DNA of 64,000 nucleotides from Octopus sinensis (Eukaryota): NCBI RefSeq assembly GCF_006345805.1, contig NC_042999.1, positions 36,270,001 to 36,334,000 of the forward strand, read 5' to 3'. Shown piece by piece: positions 13,740 to 26,325 of this stretch (position 1 is its first letter; each line of letters starts with the position of its first letter). The notes under the pieces were generated by a model. It saw only the letters and a program-made list of their open reading frames with translations, ran no database searches and was not told where the DNA came from. The position numbers and the translations under genes were made by a program.

Positions 13740-14100
13740 AGCAGGAGCTGGTAATTTAAGAACTGGAATAATGTTACTCAATATGGTGCATAACCCAGAG
13801 ATCAGAGAGTCTCTCCAGGTAGAGCCACTGCTTCTCTGCATTGAGAAGACACAGCACTGGTAGTAGAGATATGATTCAAATGATGCAGGAAAGAATCACA
13901 AGATGGATTCTTCAAGCCAAGCCAACCAGCAGAAGACCTGAGGCTAGCCCAAGAATTAGATGGTTGGATAATGTCCATAGTCTCAGTTGGTCATGCTTGG
14001 AATCAGCTGAAAGTGTAATGATGGTTGTTTCTGATAGGACCCTATGGAGAGCACTCTACCTCCATGACTCTCCCAGGAATAGTGAGTGGAGATGGAAGGG
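13740..14100 (+). mobile_element. Degraded RTE C-terminal/3' fragment (related copies at about 3110-3295 and 22420-22855)
   Basis: Translated remnants ERITRWILQAKP..RPE.SPRIRWLDNVH and, in the other copy, RGRPRMRWVDNIH..DRNLWRR, typical of the RTE ORF C-terminus. Confidence 0.65.
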
Positions 14101-14500
14101 CAGATGTAGCTATTTCTAGCAGGTCAAGTAACCACAAAGGGGCTTTCTCTTCAACTTGCCTCATTCAAAGTAGTAAATGTGGTGAGCGATATAGTTTCCC
14201 ATTATAAGCAGAAATAGTATTTATCACTCACGTTATTTAACACTTCAAAAACCAAAAGAAAATTTAAAAAACACCAATCCCATGGAATTTTGGCAATTTA
14301 CAAACAGAATAGTGGCTTTCTCTTTCTCAGAGTAGGGGGTGGAAGAGAAGTTAGTAGGGAGACAGGAATGGGAAGAGAGAGAGAGGAAAAAAGGAAGTAG
14401 GTAGAGAGAGAGAGTGAGAGAGAGTATGTGTATGTGTGTGGATGCATGCAGGCATGTGCATGACTTTACATTTTGCATGTCTTTGCTTGATACTGCTTCA

Positions 14501-14720
14501 CCCTTTAGCATTCGGATTACTCTGTCAAATGTAATGCTTATTCATTCACATTGTTCTGAATTAATCATGTATTATCTTGTAGCCTCAAGATTTCAATGTT
14601 GCAGTTATTTACTATTAGAATGACATTGTAGGGTAGATGTGAGAGACTAGATCTGACCAGTTTTGACACAAAACAGGCAGAATATTTAGGTCACACATGG
14701 CCAATTTAAATGCTTAAGAG
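14501..14720. mobile_element. piggyBac-type MITE family 2 (other copies about 17683-17903, 23728-23936, and tandem 53915-54345)
   Basis: CCCTTTAGCATT..AATGCTAAAGGG termini with TTAA flanks in the best copies; shared interior CTCTCACACCTACCCTACAATGTC. Confidence 0.75.
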
Positions 14721-14739
14721 TTAAACAAAAAACAATGTG

Positions 14740-15173
14740 GTCATATTAAAGTTTCCAAAAAGCATACCCTCCATCAGACACCTACCATATTCTGAGCGCC
14801 TTGTTTCCCTGGGCATGGATTCACTGAAGCTCCGGCGTCTGGCGACGGACTTGGTAAACACCCACAAAGTTATCAACCACCTCACCAACAATAACACTGA
14901 ACACCTTTTTGATCTCCATGTGTCTAACACACGTGGACATGCCTACAAAGTCAGAAAACAACACAGCTCCCATGACTTTCGGAAACATTTTTTCACGCTC
15001 AGAGTTGCTGAAGCATGGAATAAACTGCCTGCGTCAGTTGTTGACTGCCATGGCACTGCATCCTTTAAGGCCCTCATGCTTTCCGAAATCCGCCGAAACT
15101 ACACCTGATTATATATACACTTTAGATGAGTTGTAGTGCACCTGAGCACTGTACACAATTATTATTATTATTA
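14740..15173 (+). mobile_element. CR1-group LINE 3' fragment
   Basis: ORF 14737-15108: LPYSERL..LGMDSLKLRRLATDL, TRGHAYKV, RKHFFTLRVAEAWNKLPASVV; (ATT)n tail at 15158-15173. Confidence 0.85.
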
Positions 15174-15329
15174 TCCTGTTGGAACTGCTTCTTGTGAGGA
15201 CATGGAATAAAAAATCCCTTTAATAAACAGATAACAATTGATGTCAAGAAGAGCATCTGGTCATAAAATATTAAAAAAAAGACACCCCCCCCCTTCAGTC
15301 ATGAATGGCCAGGGGATTGTACCAAGAAT

Positions 15330-15600
15330 GTTCCCCTCTGTGGTATAAGTAAGTCCAGGCAAATGATTGTTTGTGGAAGACCAGCAGTCACCTATGCATA
15401 CTAGTTTGCTCTCTCAATGCCACTGATATTGTTTAAGGGAAAGAGAAAGCCAGTACAGTTTGGCACCAATGACATCAGAACTCATTACTGCAGCTGGTGA
15501 AATGGAAAAATGTGAAATAAAGTGTCTTGCCCAAGGACACAACACACAGCCCAGTCCAGGAATTGAACTCACAACTTGACAATTGTAAGCCCACTCCATC
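15330..15600 (-). mobile_element. tRNA-derived CORE/Deu-like SINE (similar copy at about 31030-31315)
   Basis: Minus strand GTTCAATTCC B-box followed by GTGTTGTGTCCTTGGGCAAGACACTTTATTTCAC. Confidence 0.65.
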
Positions 15601-18600
15601 CAAACCCATGATAGCAGGAAAAAGTGAATGCAAAACAAAATGAATGGATAAAATCTTTATTAATTTTATTCTTCCTTTTTCGTAAGTTAAATTACAAGAT
15701 AAAACAATTGGCTAAATACATCAGGTGCCATGGCAAAATTTTTTTTTTAAATCTCATCATAACCAAGACCTTTTTGAGACTATATTCAACAACTCTCAAA
15801 TTTTTTCCCATAGGACCCCCCCCCCCCACTGTCAACAAATACTAACATTTCCCTATTCAGGGAATATGTTGCACATCATCAACATCACTATTTAATAACT
15901 GCTTTTCCATGCTTGCATGGATCTGGATAGAATTTGCTGGAGCAAATTTTCTACAGCCAGATACCCTTCCTGTTGCCAACCCTCACGTGTTTCAAAGGTA
16001 ATTATTCTCCATAACTGCATGTTTCCTTGGAAGATTGGAAATGAAGAATACTGTTTGCATGATAGTGACATTTGTTTACAAATATTACATGAAGTCAAGA
16101 AAACAACCCACACATATTTACGAAGGACTTCTTTCAAATTTCATCTACCAAATCCACTCACAAGGGTTTGGTTGGCCTGGGGCCACAGTAGAACACACTT
16201 ACCCAAGGTGCCATAAAGTGAGACTGAACCCAGACCATGTGGTTGGGAAGCAAACCTGTTACCACACAGCCACACCTGCACTTATAAACTATAAATATAG
16301 AGTAGTGAATAGGCAGAAATGTAAAAATTGTGAGACCAAGTGTTTTATGGTATTTGTAGTCTGAGGTCAAATCTCATTATGGCCTACTTGGATGGTAGAC
16401 TTAATTCACTGCCTGATTTAAAACCGACACCTAAGGTACTTTGGGTACCTTAAGTGGAGTCCACTATGCTGAAAGCATTTGGGCCAAATCTCCAGTTTGA
16501 GAATACCTTGGATAAAACAGAATCCAAGAACCGGTAATGGTCAGTATTGACAAGATTTGTATTGGAAAAAAAAAGTGAACAAAAGATCCACTCTCTTCCT
16601 CTCACCCACAAGTTTTGGAGGCTCTGTAAAAAGGTCATGAGCACTGCCTTCTCTCTCGATGATAAGAAAAAAATGCTAAAAATTAACTTGGAAACACATA
16701 TGTATAAAATGGGCCAATTTATCACTATTTCTAGTGGAGCCTATAGCAACTTTTCAAGTAACCCTAGTTGGAAATGCTGGTTTAGAATACAAAAGGTTCT
16801 TGCATAAAATGCAATAACCTTTTTATAAGAACTTATATTCAAATTTAAATATAAGTTCCATTATAGGCATTGACATGGCTGTGTAGTCATCTCAGATTCA
16901 GTCCCATTTCACAGCACCTTGGGTAGGTATTTTCTGTTATTGCTCTGGACCAACCAAAGCTTTGTGAGTGAATTTGATAGACAGAAACTAGTGGAAGAAG
17001 CCCGTTGTGTATGTGTGTGTGTGTATACCCGTCTTAACATCACATGATAGTTGTAAAGATACATCACTATTATACTAGCAATGTTGTTCGCTTCAAGCCA
17101 TCTGCGGAAAACACGTGTCTGGCTATGAGAAATATTACTTGGAAAACAGGTGAGGGTTGGTGACAGGAAGGGTATCTAGCCATGGAAAAATTGGCATCAA
17201 CAGATTCCACCTGACCCATGCAAGCATGACAAAGTGGATGTTAAATGATGGTGATAATACTTTGAAACAGTTTTGTATCAAAGAAGCACCAATATCAAAA
17301 GAGTTAAGCAATGGTTGAACCACACCTAAAATGTCATAAATTTTCATCTCTGAAACACTTTTTTAGCTTTTAGAACTTTCAGAAATTTATTATTTTATTA
17401 CTTCATTATATTAAACTTCCACAAGGCCATAAATCTATGTTACAGCAGCACTTACCTTGAGAGTACTTTAAACAGTACCCCAGTCACCTCAATATGTCAT
17501 AGCACTCTAGCTTAATACTGGTCTCATTTAATCTGAGATTACAATCTACTGTAAAGACCGGAATACTACAACTTTCACACAGAAAATTCATTTGGAAACA
17601 ATACAGAATACAAGATTACTCATACACACAGAGTGAGACCAATACTTTTTCCATCAAATGTAAAATACTTGCAGTTTTCTAAAACCCTTTTGCATTTAAA
17701 CCAACCATATTCAGCCCAAATATCTTATCTGTTTTATGTTCAAACCAACCAGATCTGACCTCTCACACCTACCCTACAATGTCATTTTAAAAATGAAACA
17801 GTCACATTATTGATCTCTCAAAGCTACATGATAATGCATGATTAATTTAAAATAATGAATAAATAAGCTTTACATTTGACAGAAAAATCTGAATGCTAAA
17901 GGTTTAAATTACACAGAAAAATATAAACACAAGCTGTTGGAAGACAAATATGAGTGCACACCACACCTTTAAGAAAATCTAAATCCAAGAAATTAACAAT
18001 AATTAACAGACCATAAAATATTTCTACTATAACTAAGATATTTTTGTGTTCCCTACTGCACAATTTTCACCCCCAAATACTAACCTGCAGAATTTAAAAC
18101 TTAACCGTCCAACCCATGCTAGCATGGAAAACGGACGCTAAACGACGATGATGATGATGATGAAACAAACAGAACAGTAAGGGTATTAAGCTAATCAGTT
18201 TTGGAGGTCCTGGAAATGTCACAGGTATTCTTCTTCTTCTTCATTTAACAAACTAAAAAAAAAAAAAAAAGCTTCTACCCAGTCGCTTGACCTACAAGAT
18301 ATAGTAACCAAATCTTTTAAATCACACACTAGGATCTTAAAACAAGAAGGATTCATTCAACAATGGATATACAAAAAGACAGGATGGTCTAAGTTGGAAT
18401 GCTTTTAATCACAGACCTATTCAGTCAGGTCTGATCTGAGGTTAAACAACAATCACTCTAGGGTCATGACTGAAATTAAATGTTATATCAATCAAACAGG
18501 ATAAAATCACATTAAAACTAGAACCATTTGCTTGCATTTCTGTAATATTATATATGACAATAGTATTTTTTTCATTTGTTTCAGTCATTGAACAGTAGTT

Positions 18601-18950
18601 GTGCAGGGCCACCACCTTAAAAGGTTTAGCCAATCAAATCTCCCCAAAATACTTTATTTTTAAGTCTCATAATAATTCTATTAATCTCATTTTACCAACC
18701 ACAAAGTCACAGGGATACAAACAAACCACCAACTGCTAAGCATTGAGAAACCAACACATATGCCCATGCACACACACACACACGTTTCCATGGATTTTCT
18801 ATCAGCTGAATCCATTCACAAGGCATTGGTAGGCCTGAGTCAATAGTAGATGACACTTGTCCAAGATGCTATGCAATGGAACTGAACTCAGAACTACATG
18901 ATTGTGATACAAACTTGTTAACCACACAGCTATACCCATGCCCATATGTA

Positions 18951-20233
18951 TTGGGTCATCCCATAAATAATGTGATTTTTTTCAATTGCATGTACTAAAA
19001 GTCAGAGGGGGACAGGATAAACTACTTGCATCAACTTGCTATAAAAGCAGGTAGTAATTTTACTTTGTCCTTATTCTTAGTACCAGTTGTGAAGAGTGCA
19101 GTTCGATTTTAATAGTTATTTTTTCAAAGCTATAATGGAAGTGACAAAGGAGCATATTCAGCATATTTTGCTTTATGAGTTCAGTAAAGACAACAACATA
19201 AAAGAAAGTGTGAGGAATGTTAATGCAGTATATGGGGATTGGACAATAAGCATAAGCCAGTGTCAATGGAGGTTCCAAAAATTCCGAGCCAGCAACTACA
19301 GCCTAGAAGATGAGATCCATCCTGGAAGATCTATAGAGCTCAACAAGGACATCCTGCAAACCCTGGTGGAACAAAGTCCCATCATAACTGTTGAGGAACT
19401 AGCAGAAAAGCTTGGATTTGGTCATTCAACTATTCATCAACACCTGCATGCCATTGAAAAAGTCAGCAAATTGGGTCAATGGGTTCCTCACAAACTTTCC
19501 AAGTCTAATTGTGCACAGAGTGAATGCGTGCTTTTCTATGCTGTCACGTCTCATGAACGTATCTTTTTTTAACTGAATAGTGACTGGTAATGAGAAATGG
19601 ATTGTCTATAAAAATGCCAAGTGCCAAAGAGAGTGGGTAGGGAAAAGAGAAACACTAGCACCCCAGGTTAAAGAGAGTCTTCACCCACATGAGGCATTGT
19701 TATCTGTTTGGTGAGATATGACAGGTTTAGTTGACTTTGAACTTTTAAATCAAACAATAACAAAGGAGATTTACTGTGAACAGCTTGACCGGCTTAAGTC
19801 AGCATTAGAATAAAAACGACTATCTTTGGTTTCAAATGTAAGATGTTCTTCCATCAGGATAATGCTCAACCACATACAGCAAGGATGACATTCCAAAGGC
19901 TGGAGCAGTTTGAATGGGAAATGATGCCCCACCCACCATATTTGCTGGACATTGCCCCATTTGATTATCATTTATTCCGCAATCTTCAAAATCATTTGGA
20001 CGGGAAAAATATAAATTCTGTAAACAATGACAGAACAGTACTGGAGGAGGATTTTTCATCACGGACAAGTGAATTTTGGAAGAGGGGCCTTGCAAGTCTA
20101 ATAGATAGATGGCAGAACATTGTAGAAAATGAAGGAGAGTATACTTTAGACTAAAAAAGAACTCTGTTTATCTTAATTTTGAAAAATAAAAGAAGTATAA
20201 AAAATAAAACGCATTATTTATGGGATGACTCAA
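18951..20233 (+). mobile_element. Full-length mariner (DD34D) transposon, inactivated
   Basis: TIRs TTGGGTCATCCCATAAATAATG / CATTATTTATGGGATGACTCAA; TA TSDs at 18949-50 and 20234-35; length 1283 bp. Confidence 0.95.
19135..20154 (+). pseudogene. Mariner transposase pseudogene
   Basis: HTH region, WVPHKL, VTGNEKW (first D mutated to N), HQDNAQPH, HPPYLLDIAPFDYHLF; frameshifts and stops between about 19520 and 19840. Confidence 0.92.
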
Positions 20234-20811
20234 TATAATTAATACTTTCATCTCTGAAACTCTCTTTCTAGGTCTTTGTTTATTACTAGATTTCAGATAA
20301 CAGTTGTTTGGTACACCAAAACTTCCCAGAGTGAGTCATATTGATTTACATAGTTTACTTTCCATCACCAGCCTGAAGCCTACGCTACCCCAATCCAATT
20401 ATTTGCAATAATGGACCATTCTCATGTAAGTTAAAAACAAAAACAAGTTTACAAACATTTTGAGTCTGCCCCCAAAGTATTGTTTTATACCATGCTAAGT
20501 ATGGAAAAAATGGAAGTAAAACAATCAAATTCAATTTCTTTTTGCCAACTTATTAATATATGTTAAGATAAAATAAATCTGGAGTTTAGATTTAAAGTAA
20601 TATTTTATTGCTTTTTTTGGCTTGGCAAAGCACTTAAACTGTACATGTCTCATTTCGTTTGTCAATAAGGAAGATGTACAATGTTTTTAAAGAAGTGATG
20701 AAGAAGTAGAGTGGCATTTTATCTAAAAGGGCAGTTCAGTTTTCATTTGCTAAACAACAAAGATATGAATAGTGGCCATATATGTTACAGGAAAGAGAAG
20801 AACGTACTTAC

Positions 20812-20859
20812 AATCTGCTACAGTAGTAATAATGCCTCCAATTCCAACAGTTTATTACT
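20812..20859 (-). CDS. Candidate 48-nt exon (VINCWNWRHYYYCSR) of an unknown small Cys-containing protein
   Basis: ttcag acceptor and consensus GTAAGT donor; open phase 2-2 frame; degenerate duplicate at 26490-26536. Confidence 0.3.
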
Positions 20860-21336
20860 CTGAACTGAGCTTTTTATAAAATATCAAGTTATTTTTATAA
20901 AATAACAAGTTGAAGAAAATCCTTAATAATTTATGCCTCGTTATATATGTCAAGGAACCTGTGACTGTGTGATAAAGAAGTTTGCTGCAAAACTATGCAG
21001 TTTCAGGTTCAGTCCTAGTGCACAAGATCTCAGGCAAATGTCTTCTACCATAGACTCAAGCTGACTAATGCCTTGTGAGTAAATTTATGAAGAAATGGAA
21101 ACTGCACAGAAACCTGTTGTGTGTGTTTGTGTATATCTTAATGCTTGGCAATTAGTATTGGTTTGTAAACATTGGCAACACTTAGTAGTTCAGTATAAAG
21201 AGACCAATAAAGTACCAGGCTTAAGTACTGAGGTTGATTTCTTTGATTACACCAAGTATGGGCAACTTTTTTCAAGAAGTGAGCTACATGAGACATGACT
21301 CATCATCAGAGAGTTGCATTACTAAAAAAAGTTCAA

Positions 21337-21731
21337 AGGAGTGGCTGTGTGGTAAGTAGCTTGCTAACCAACTACATGGTTCCGGGTTCAGTCCCACTGC
21401 GTGGCAACTTGGGCAAGTGTCTTCTGCTATAGCCCCGGGCCGACCAATGCCTTGTGAGTGGATTTGGTAGACGGAAACTGAAAGAAGCCTGTCGTATATA
21501 TGTATATATATATGTATGTGTGCGTGTGTTTGTCCCCCTAGCATTGCTTGATAACCGATGGTGTGTTTACGTCCCCGTCACTTAGCGGTTCGGCAAAAGA
21601 GATCGATAGAATAAGTACTGGGCTTACAGAAAATAAGTCCCGGGGTCGATTTGCTCGACTAAAGGCGGTGCTCCAGCATTGCCGCAGTCAAATGACTGAA
21701 ACAAGTAAAAGAGTAAAAGAGAGTAAAGAGT
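21337..21731 (+). mobile_element. tRNA-derived SINE with internal (TA/TG)n and GTAAAAGA-repeat tail (other copies about 24074-24470, 34140-34745, 50346-50765, many partial)
   Basis: A-box-like TGGCTGTGTGG, B-box GGTTCAGTCCC, CCTTGGGCAAG core, tail (GTAAAAGA)n. Confidence 0.85.
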
Positions 21732-21911
21732 AATTTTTCAAAGGGCATGCCTTTCAGAAAGTGCTACAGGTTACAGTTTGCCCATGACTGGACTAAACCT
21801 AAAGCAATACCCTTGCATGGCCATAGTCTAATGATTGAAACAAGTAAAAAAAAAAAACCTTGTGTTAAAACTGGTGCTCAGAAGCAGTAAGTATCAAATA
21901 TAATATGAAAC

Positions 21912-21979
21912 CTAACGTTTTCCTTATTTCTTTTCTCTGTATCAACTTCATCACCATCATTAGATTTGCCATCATTTTG
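21912..21979 (-). CDS. Candidate 68-nt exon (QNDGKSNDGDEVDTEKRNKENV), phase-compatible with 20812-20859
   Basis: ctag acceptor and AG|GTTTCA donor, both weak; open acidic frame ending in phase 2. Confidence 0.22.
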
Positions 21980-22963
21980 CTAGCAACCATTTTTAAACAT
22001 ACACTATGACAAGTTTGCCTGGATGAATGGAAAAAAAAAGACATTATGCACAAAATAGGTCAACTTGATTACATACTGGGTGTGGTAGCATCATTTTTTA
22101 TGGGTTTTTTTGGGGGGGGGGGGGTTTGTGCACTGATTTATATAGTATAGGCAAAGAGAATGATTTTACAGTTCACTGGTGAAAGGAAATGTTTATTTTT
22201 GTTTTAATTCAACATAAGCAGCATATGTGTGTGTATTTAGTGACATTTATCAAACACTATCAGTGTGTGTGTGTGTGTGTGTGAAAATTAAAAGTAAAGT
22301 TTACAACTGTTGTTACTATTCATTCCATAAGTTCTATGGCAACCGTTGTTAAACATGGTGGCTAGTGCAGCAGGGTGGCAATAGGATCTTGGTAGTTAGA
22401 GTCCACAACAGAATTTGCATTAATTAGAGTACCACAATGACCAAAAGAGTACAACCACAATTACAAGCAGCCAAAATGGGGCTCCACTGAAGGATCTATG
22501 GAACAACATTACTTGACAAGGTGCACAGCTCGGAGATCAGGGAGTCTCTCCAGGTCAGGTTACTACTTCCCCACATTGAGAGGTCACAGCGCTGATACTA
22601 CAGAAATGTGACTAGAATGTCAGAGGAAAGAATCGCAAGACAAATTCTTCAAGCCAATCCATCCAAAAGGAAATGCAGAGGTAGACCAAGAATGAGATGG
22701 GTGGATAATATCCATACTCTAAGTTGGTTGCACTTGGGAATCCAGCCAAAAAGTGTAATGACAGTTGCTTTTGATAGGAACCTATGGAGGAGGTACCTGA
22801 GGACTCTACCCCTAGAACCCTCCCGTGAATAGTGGTGGAGTAGCTGGATGGATGCCATTGCAAAAAACATTAATAATGGTTCAGACCTGCACAAACTGAC
22901 AAAGTAAAGTAAATAACTAAGGCAGTAATTAAGGGGGAGTACTCCAAAAAGTTTTTGAACTAC

Positions 22964-23437
22964 GAAGACCTGTTGGGGCAAGTGAAATCGGAATCGAAAT
23001 TGAACCAATCCTATGACTGGCACCCGGCAGATGCTAGGACCCCTGGACTGGAGATATGTAAAAAGCACTATCCGAATCGTGGCCGATGCCAGCGCCACCT
23101 CAACTGGCTTCCGTGTCAGTGGCACGTAAAAAGCACCATCCGAACCGTGGCCGAAGCCAGTGCCGCCTCGACTGGCTTCCGTGCAGGTGGTACGTAAAAT
23201 GCACCAATCCGACCGTGGCCGATGCCAGCCTCGCCTGGCACCAGTGCAGGTGGCACGTAAAAAGCACCCACTACACTCACGGAGTGGTTGGCGTTAGGAA
23301 GGGCATCCAGCTGTAGAAACATTGCCAGATAAGACCGGAGCCTGGTGCAGCCTTCTGGCTTCCCAGATCCCCGGTCGAACCGTCCAACCCATGCTAGCAT
23401 GAAGAACGGACGTTAAACGATGATGATGATGATGATG
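22964..23437 (+). mobile_element. RTE-family 3' UTR copy with hairpin repeats (others at 18104-18162, 26800-27138, 33964-34122, 35627-35865(-), 38485-38732, 51917-52155, 63610-63855)
   Basis: Same 3' UTR, about 63-bp repeats and (GAT)n tail as the RTE at 38746-41173. Confidence 0.85.
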
Positions 23438-24215
23438 AACAGTGCTGGGACACGACCTTCTATTACATGAATTCCAGTAAATATTTTCTCAATCTTGGAA
23501 GGATGAAGAGTCAAGTGAGCCTGAACAGAATTGGAATTTGGATCATGACGAAACTTAAAATACTACAAATCACTGTCTGATCCTCTGCCAATTCTGTTAT
23601 TGAAGCAGATAACCGCAACACAGACACAATTTGAACTGTCTGCACTTCATTACTAGTAATCCACATGTTAATGCGGATATTTCAATCTCAATTGAAATAT
23701 CAGCAAGAGAAAAATATTACTTTTAAACCCGTAAGCATTTAAACCAGCCATATCAGGCCCAAAATATTGTACTATACTTGTTTCATGTTCAAACCAACCA
23801 GATCTGGCCTCTTACACCTACCCTACAATGTCCTTCTAAAAATAAACAACCACACTATTGAAAATTCTAAGCATGATTCAGAACAATGTGAAAAAATAAG
23901 CATTACATTTGACAGAGTAAACTGAATGCTAAAGGGTTAAAGGATGACATCTCATATATCTGCAAAGTAGGGTGTTGAAAATTACTGATACAAATTATTG
24001 TGGGTGTAACATGATTATTAAAAAAAAAATAAAAAACACAAAACTACAAACTGAAAAAGATCTCTTACAATAAGGAACAGGAGTGGCTGTGTGGTAAGTA
24101 GTTTGCTTACCAACCACATGGTTCCAAGTTCAGTCCTACTGCATGGTACCTTGGGCAAGTGTTTTCTATTATCTCCTCATACTGATTTGGTAGATGGAAC
24201 TGAAAGAAGCCTGTC

Positions 24216-24249
<34 letters not shown>

Positions 24250-24735
24250 GTATGTATATGTTTGTGTGTCTGTGTTTGTCCCCCGTTCCATTGCTTGACA
24301 TCTGATGTTGGCGTGTTTATGTCCCCGTAACTTAGTGGTTTGGTAAAAGAGACTGATAGAATAAGTACAAGGCTTACAAAGAATAAGTCCTGGGGTCAAG
24401 TTGTTTGACTAAAGGCAGTGCTCCAGCATGACCACAGTCAAATGACAAACAAATAAAAGAATAAAGGAGTAAAGCGAAAACAAATCACAATTTATAGGCT
24501 GCTGTCAGTTAGTGCTGTGAATGGCTTAACTGGAACAGGATGGTTGTGAACAGGCCTGTTAGGATATAAGACAACCTGATGAAGTGTTGCTCAGGGTCCA
24601 TACTTCTGTTATGCCCAACATCAGACTTCCACAGGGGAACCTCTTCAGCATATATCCCACTCATAAACAATGACCCTATTCGTGCAAGTATGCAATAGGA
24701 AGTAAATATTGTGAGTATAGACAAATATTATATAT

Positions 24736-24777
<42 letters not shown>

Positions 24778-25072
24778 GTAAAAGAATACAAACTGGGACA
24801 AGAACGCAAAACATTTAGAAGACGATACAAAAAACACGGATGGGACATTCGAAGCCTTCAATCTTCAGTCAAGAACCGGATCATCCTCACAATTTTGGCT
24901 GATTAATCTTGAGATTGCTCCAATCTGGCCAGCCCCAAAGGAAAATCCAAGCCAAGCGCATTAGATTCCTTGGAAGAAAGCCTCGAATGTATACAAAACC
25001 AGGACGGAACCCTTTTGGTCTTATATGTAAGTACATATATTATATATACATGCAAACATATATATATACATG

Positions 25073-25128
<56 letters not shown>

Positions 25129-25663
25129 TATATGCATACATGCATATATACATCTGCATGCAAGTATACATGTATGTGCATCTATCCATACATGCATACA
25201 TATATATACACACATTCATACATCTATACATAAATGGCCAATGGAAACTGAAAGAAGACCATTGTATATTCTTATATCTATGTGTACAGATAAAGACATT
25301 GTAGATAGTTCCTTTCAATTAACTGTCCACCGTTTCTTCCTTTTCAAAGATGAAGAGAGAAACTCCCTTATTTGAACCCCCCCCCCAAAAAAAAAGCAGC
25401 AGCTAGTAACAGGAAGTGTATCTAGTAAAACAATGTGTCAGTAACATGTAGTCATCTACCCCATGCTAGCAAGGAAAAACTGATGCAAAACAAATGAGAA
25501 TGAATGAACAGAGACCTCAACTAAGCATTCTACAGGTACTTTATTTTATCAATTCTGAAAGAAAGAAAGCCAAAGTTGACCTGGGCAGGATTTGAACTAT
25601 GTGTAAAGAGCCAGAAGAAATATCAAAGCATTTTGTCTGACTCCAACAATTCTACCAATTCTA

Positions 25664-25671
25664 CCACTTAC

Positions 25672-25718
<47 letters not shown>
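25664..25718 (+). rRNA. Isolated 28S rRNA fragment (domain V, peptidyl-transferase region); not a functional gene
   Basis: AGGGAACGTGAGCTGGGTTTAGACCGTCGTGAGACAGGTTAGTTTTA matches the conserved eukaryotic LSU rRNA sequence as I recall it. Confidence 0.9.
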
Positions 25719-26325
25719 ATAATAATAGTCCTTTCTACTATAGGCACAAGGCTTGACATTTTGGGGGAATAAGTTTGTCGATTACATCGACCCCAGTGTT
25801 CAACTGGTACTTATTTCATTGATCCCAAAAGGATGAAAGGTAAAGTCGACCTCAGTGGAATTTGAACTCAGAACATAAAGATGGCCAAAATGCTGCAAAG
25901 CATTTTCCTAGTGTGCTAACAATTCTGCCAGCTTGCTGCCTTAATAATAATAATGGTTTCAAATTTTGGCACAAGGCCAGCAAGTTCAGGGAGGGTGTAA
26001 GTTGATTACATCGATCCCTAGTGTTCAACTGGTACTTATTTTATCAACCCTGAAAGGATGAAAGGTAAAGTTGACCTTGGTAGAATTTGAACTCAGAATG
26101 TGATGATGATGAAATGCCACAAAGCATTTTGCCAGGCGTGCTAACGATTCTGCCAGCTCAACACCTTAAGAATAATAATAATAATAATAATCCTTTCTAC
26201 TGAAATTTTTGGGGAGGGGAATAGTTGATTACATTGACACCAGTGTTTGACTGGTACTTATTTTTATTGACCCCAAAAAGATGAAAGGCAAAGTCAACCT
26301 TGGCGGAATTTGAACTCAGAACAGT
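25719..26325 (-). mobile_element. Tandem cluster of three MESC/Meta-type SINEs (a fourth partial copy at about 25535-25663)
   Basis: Repeated GGTACTTATTT..GACCC.AAAGGATGAAAGG.AAAGT.GACCT..G.GGAATTTGAACTCAGAA, separated by (AAT)n tails. Confidence 0.85.

Noticed and set aside
24850-24950. Hammerhead on the minus strand
   Set aside because: CTGAAGA and a GGCTG/CAGCC stem occur, but not in the required order with GAAA and UH
25664-25718. Functional rDNA locus
   Set aside because: Only about 55 nt with no flanking rRNA sequence
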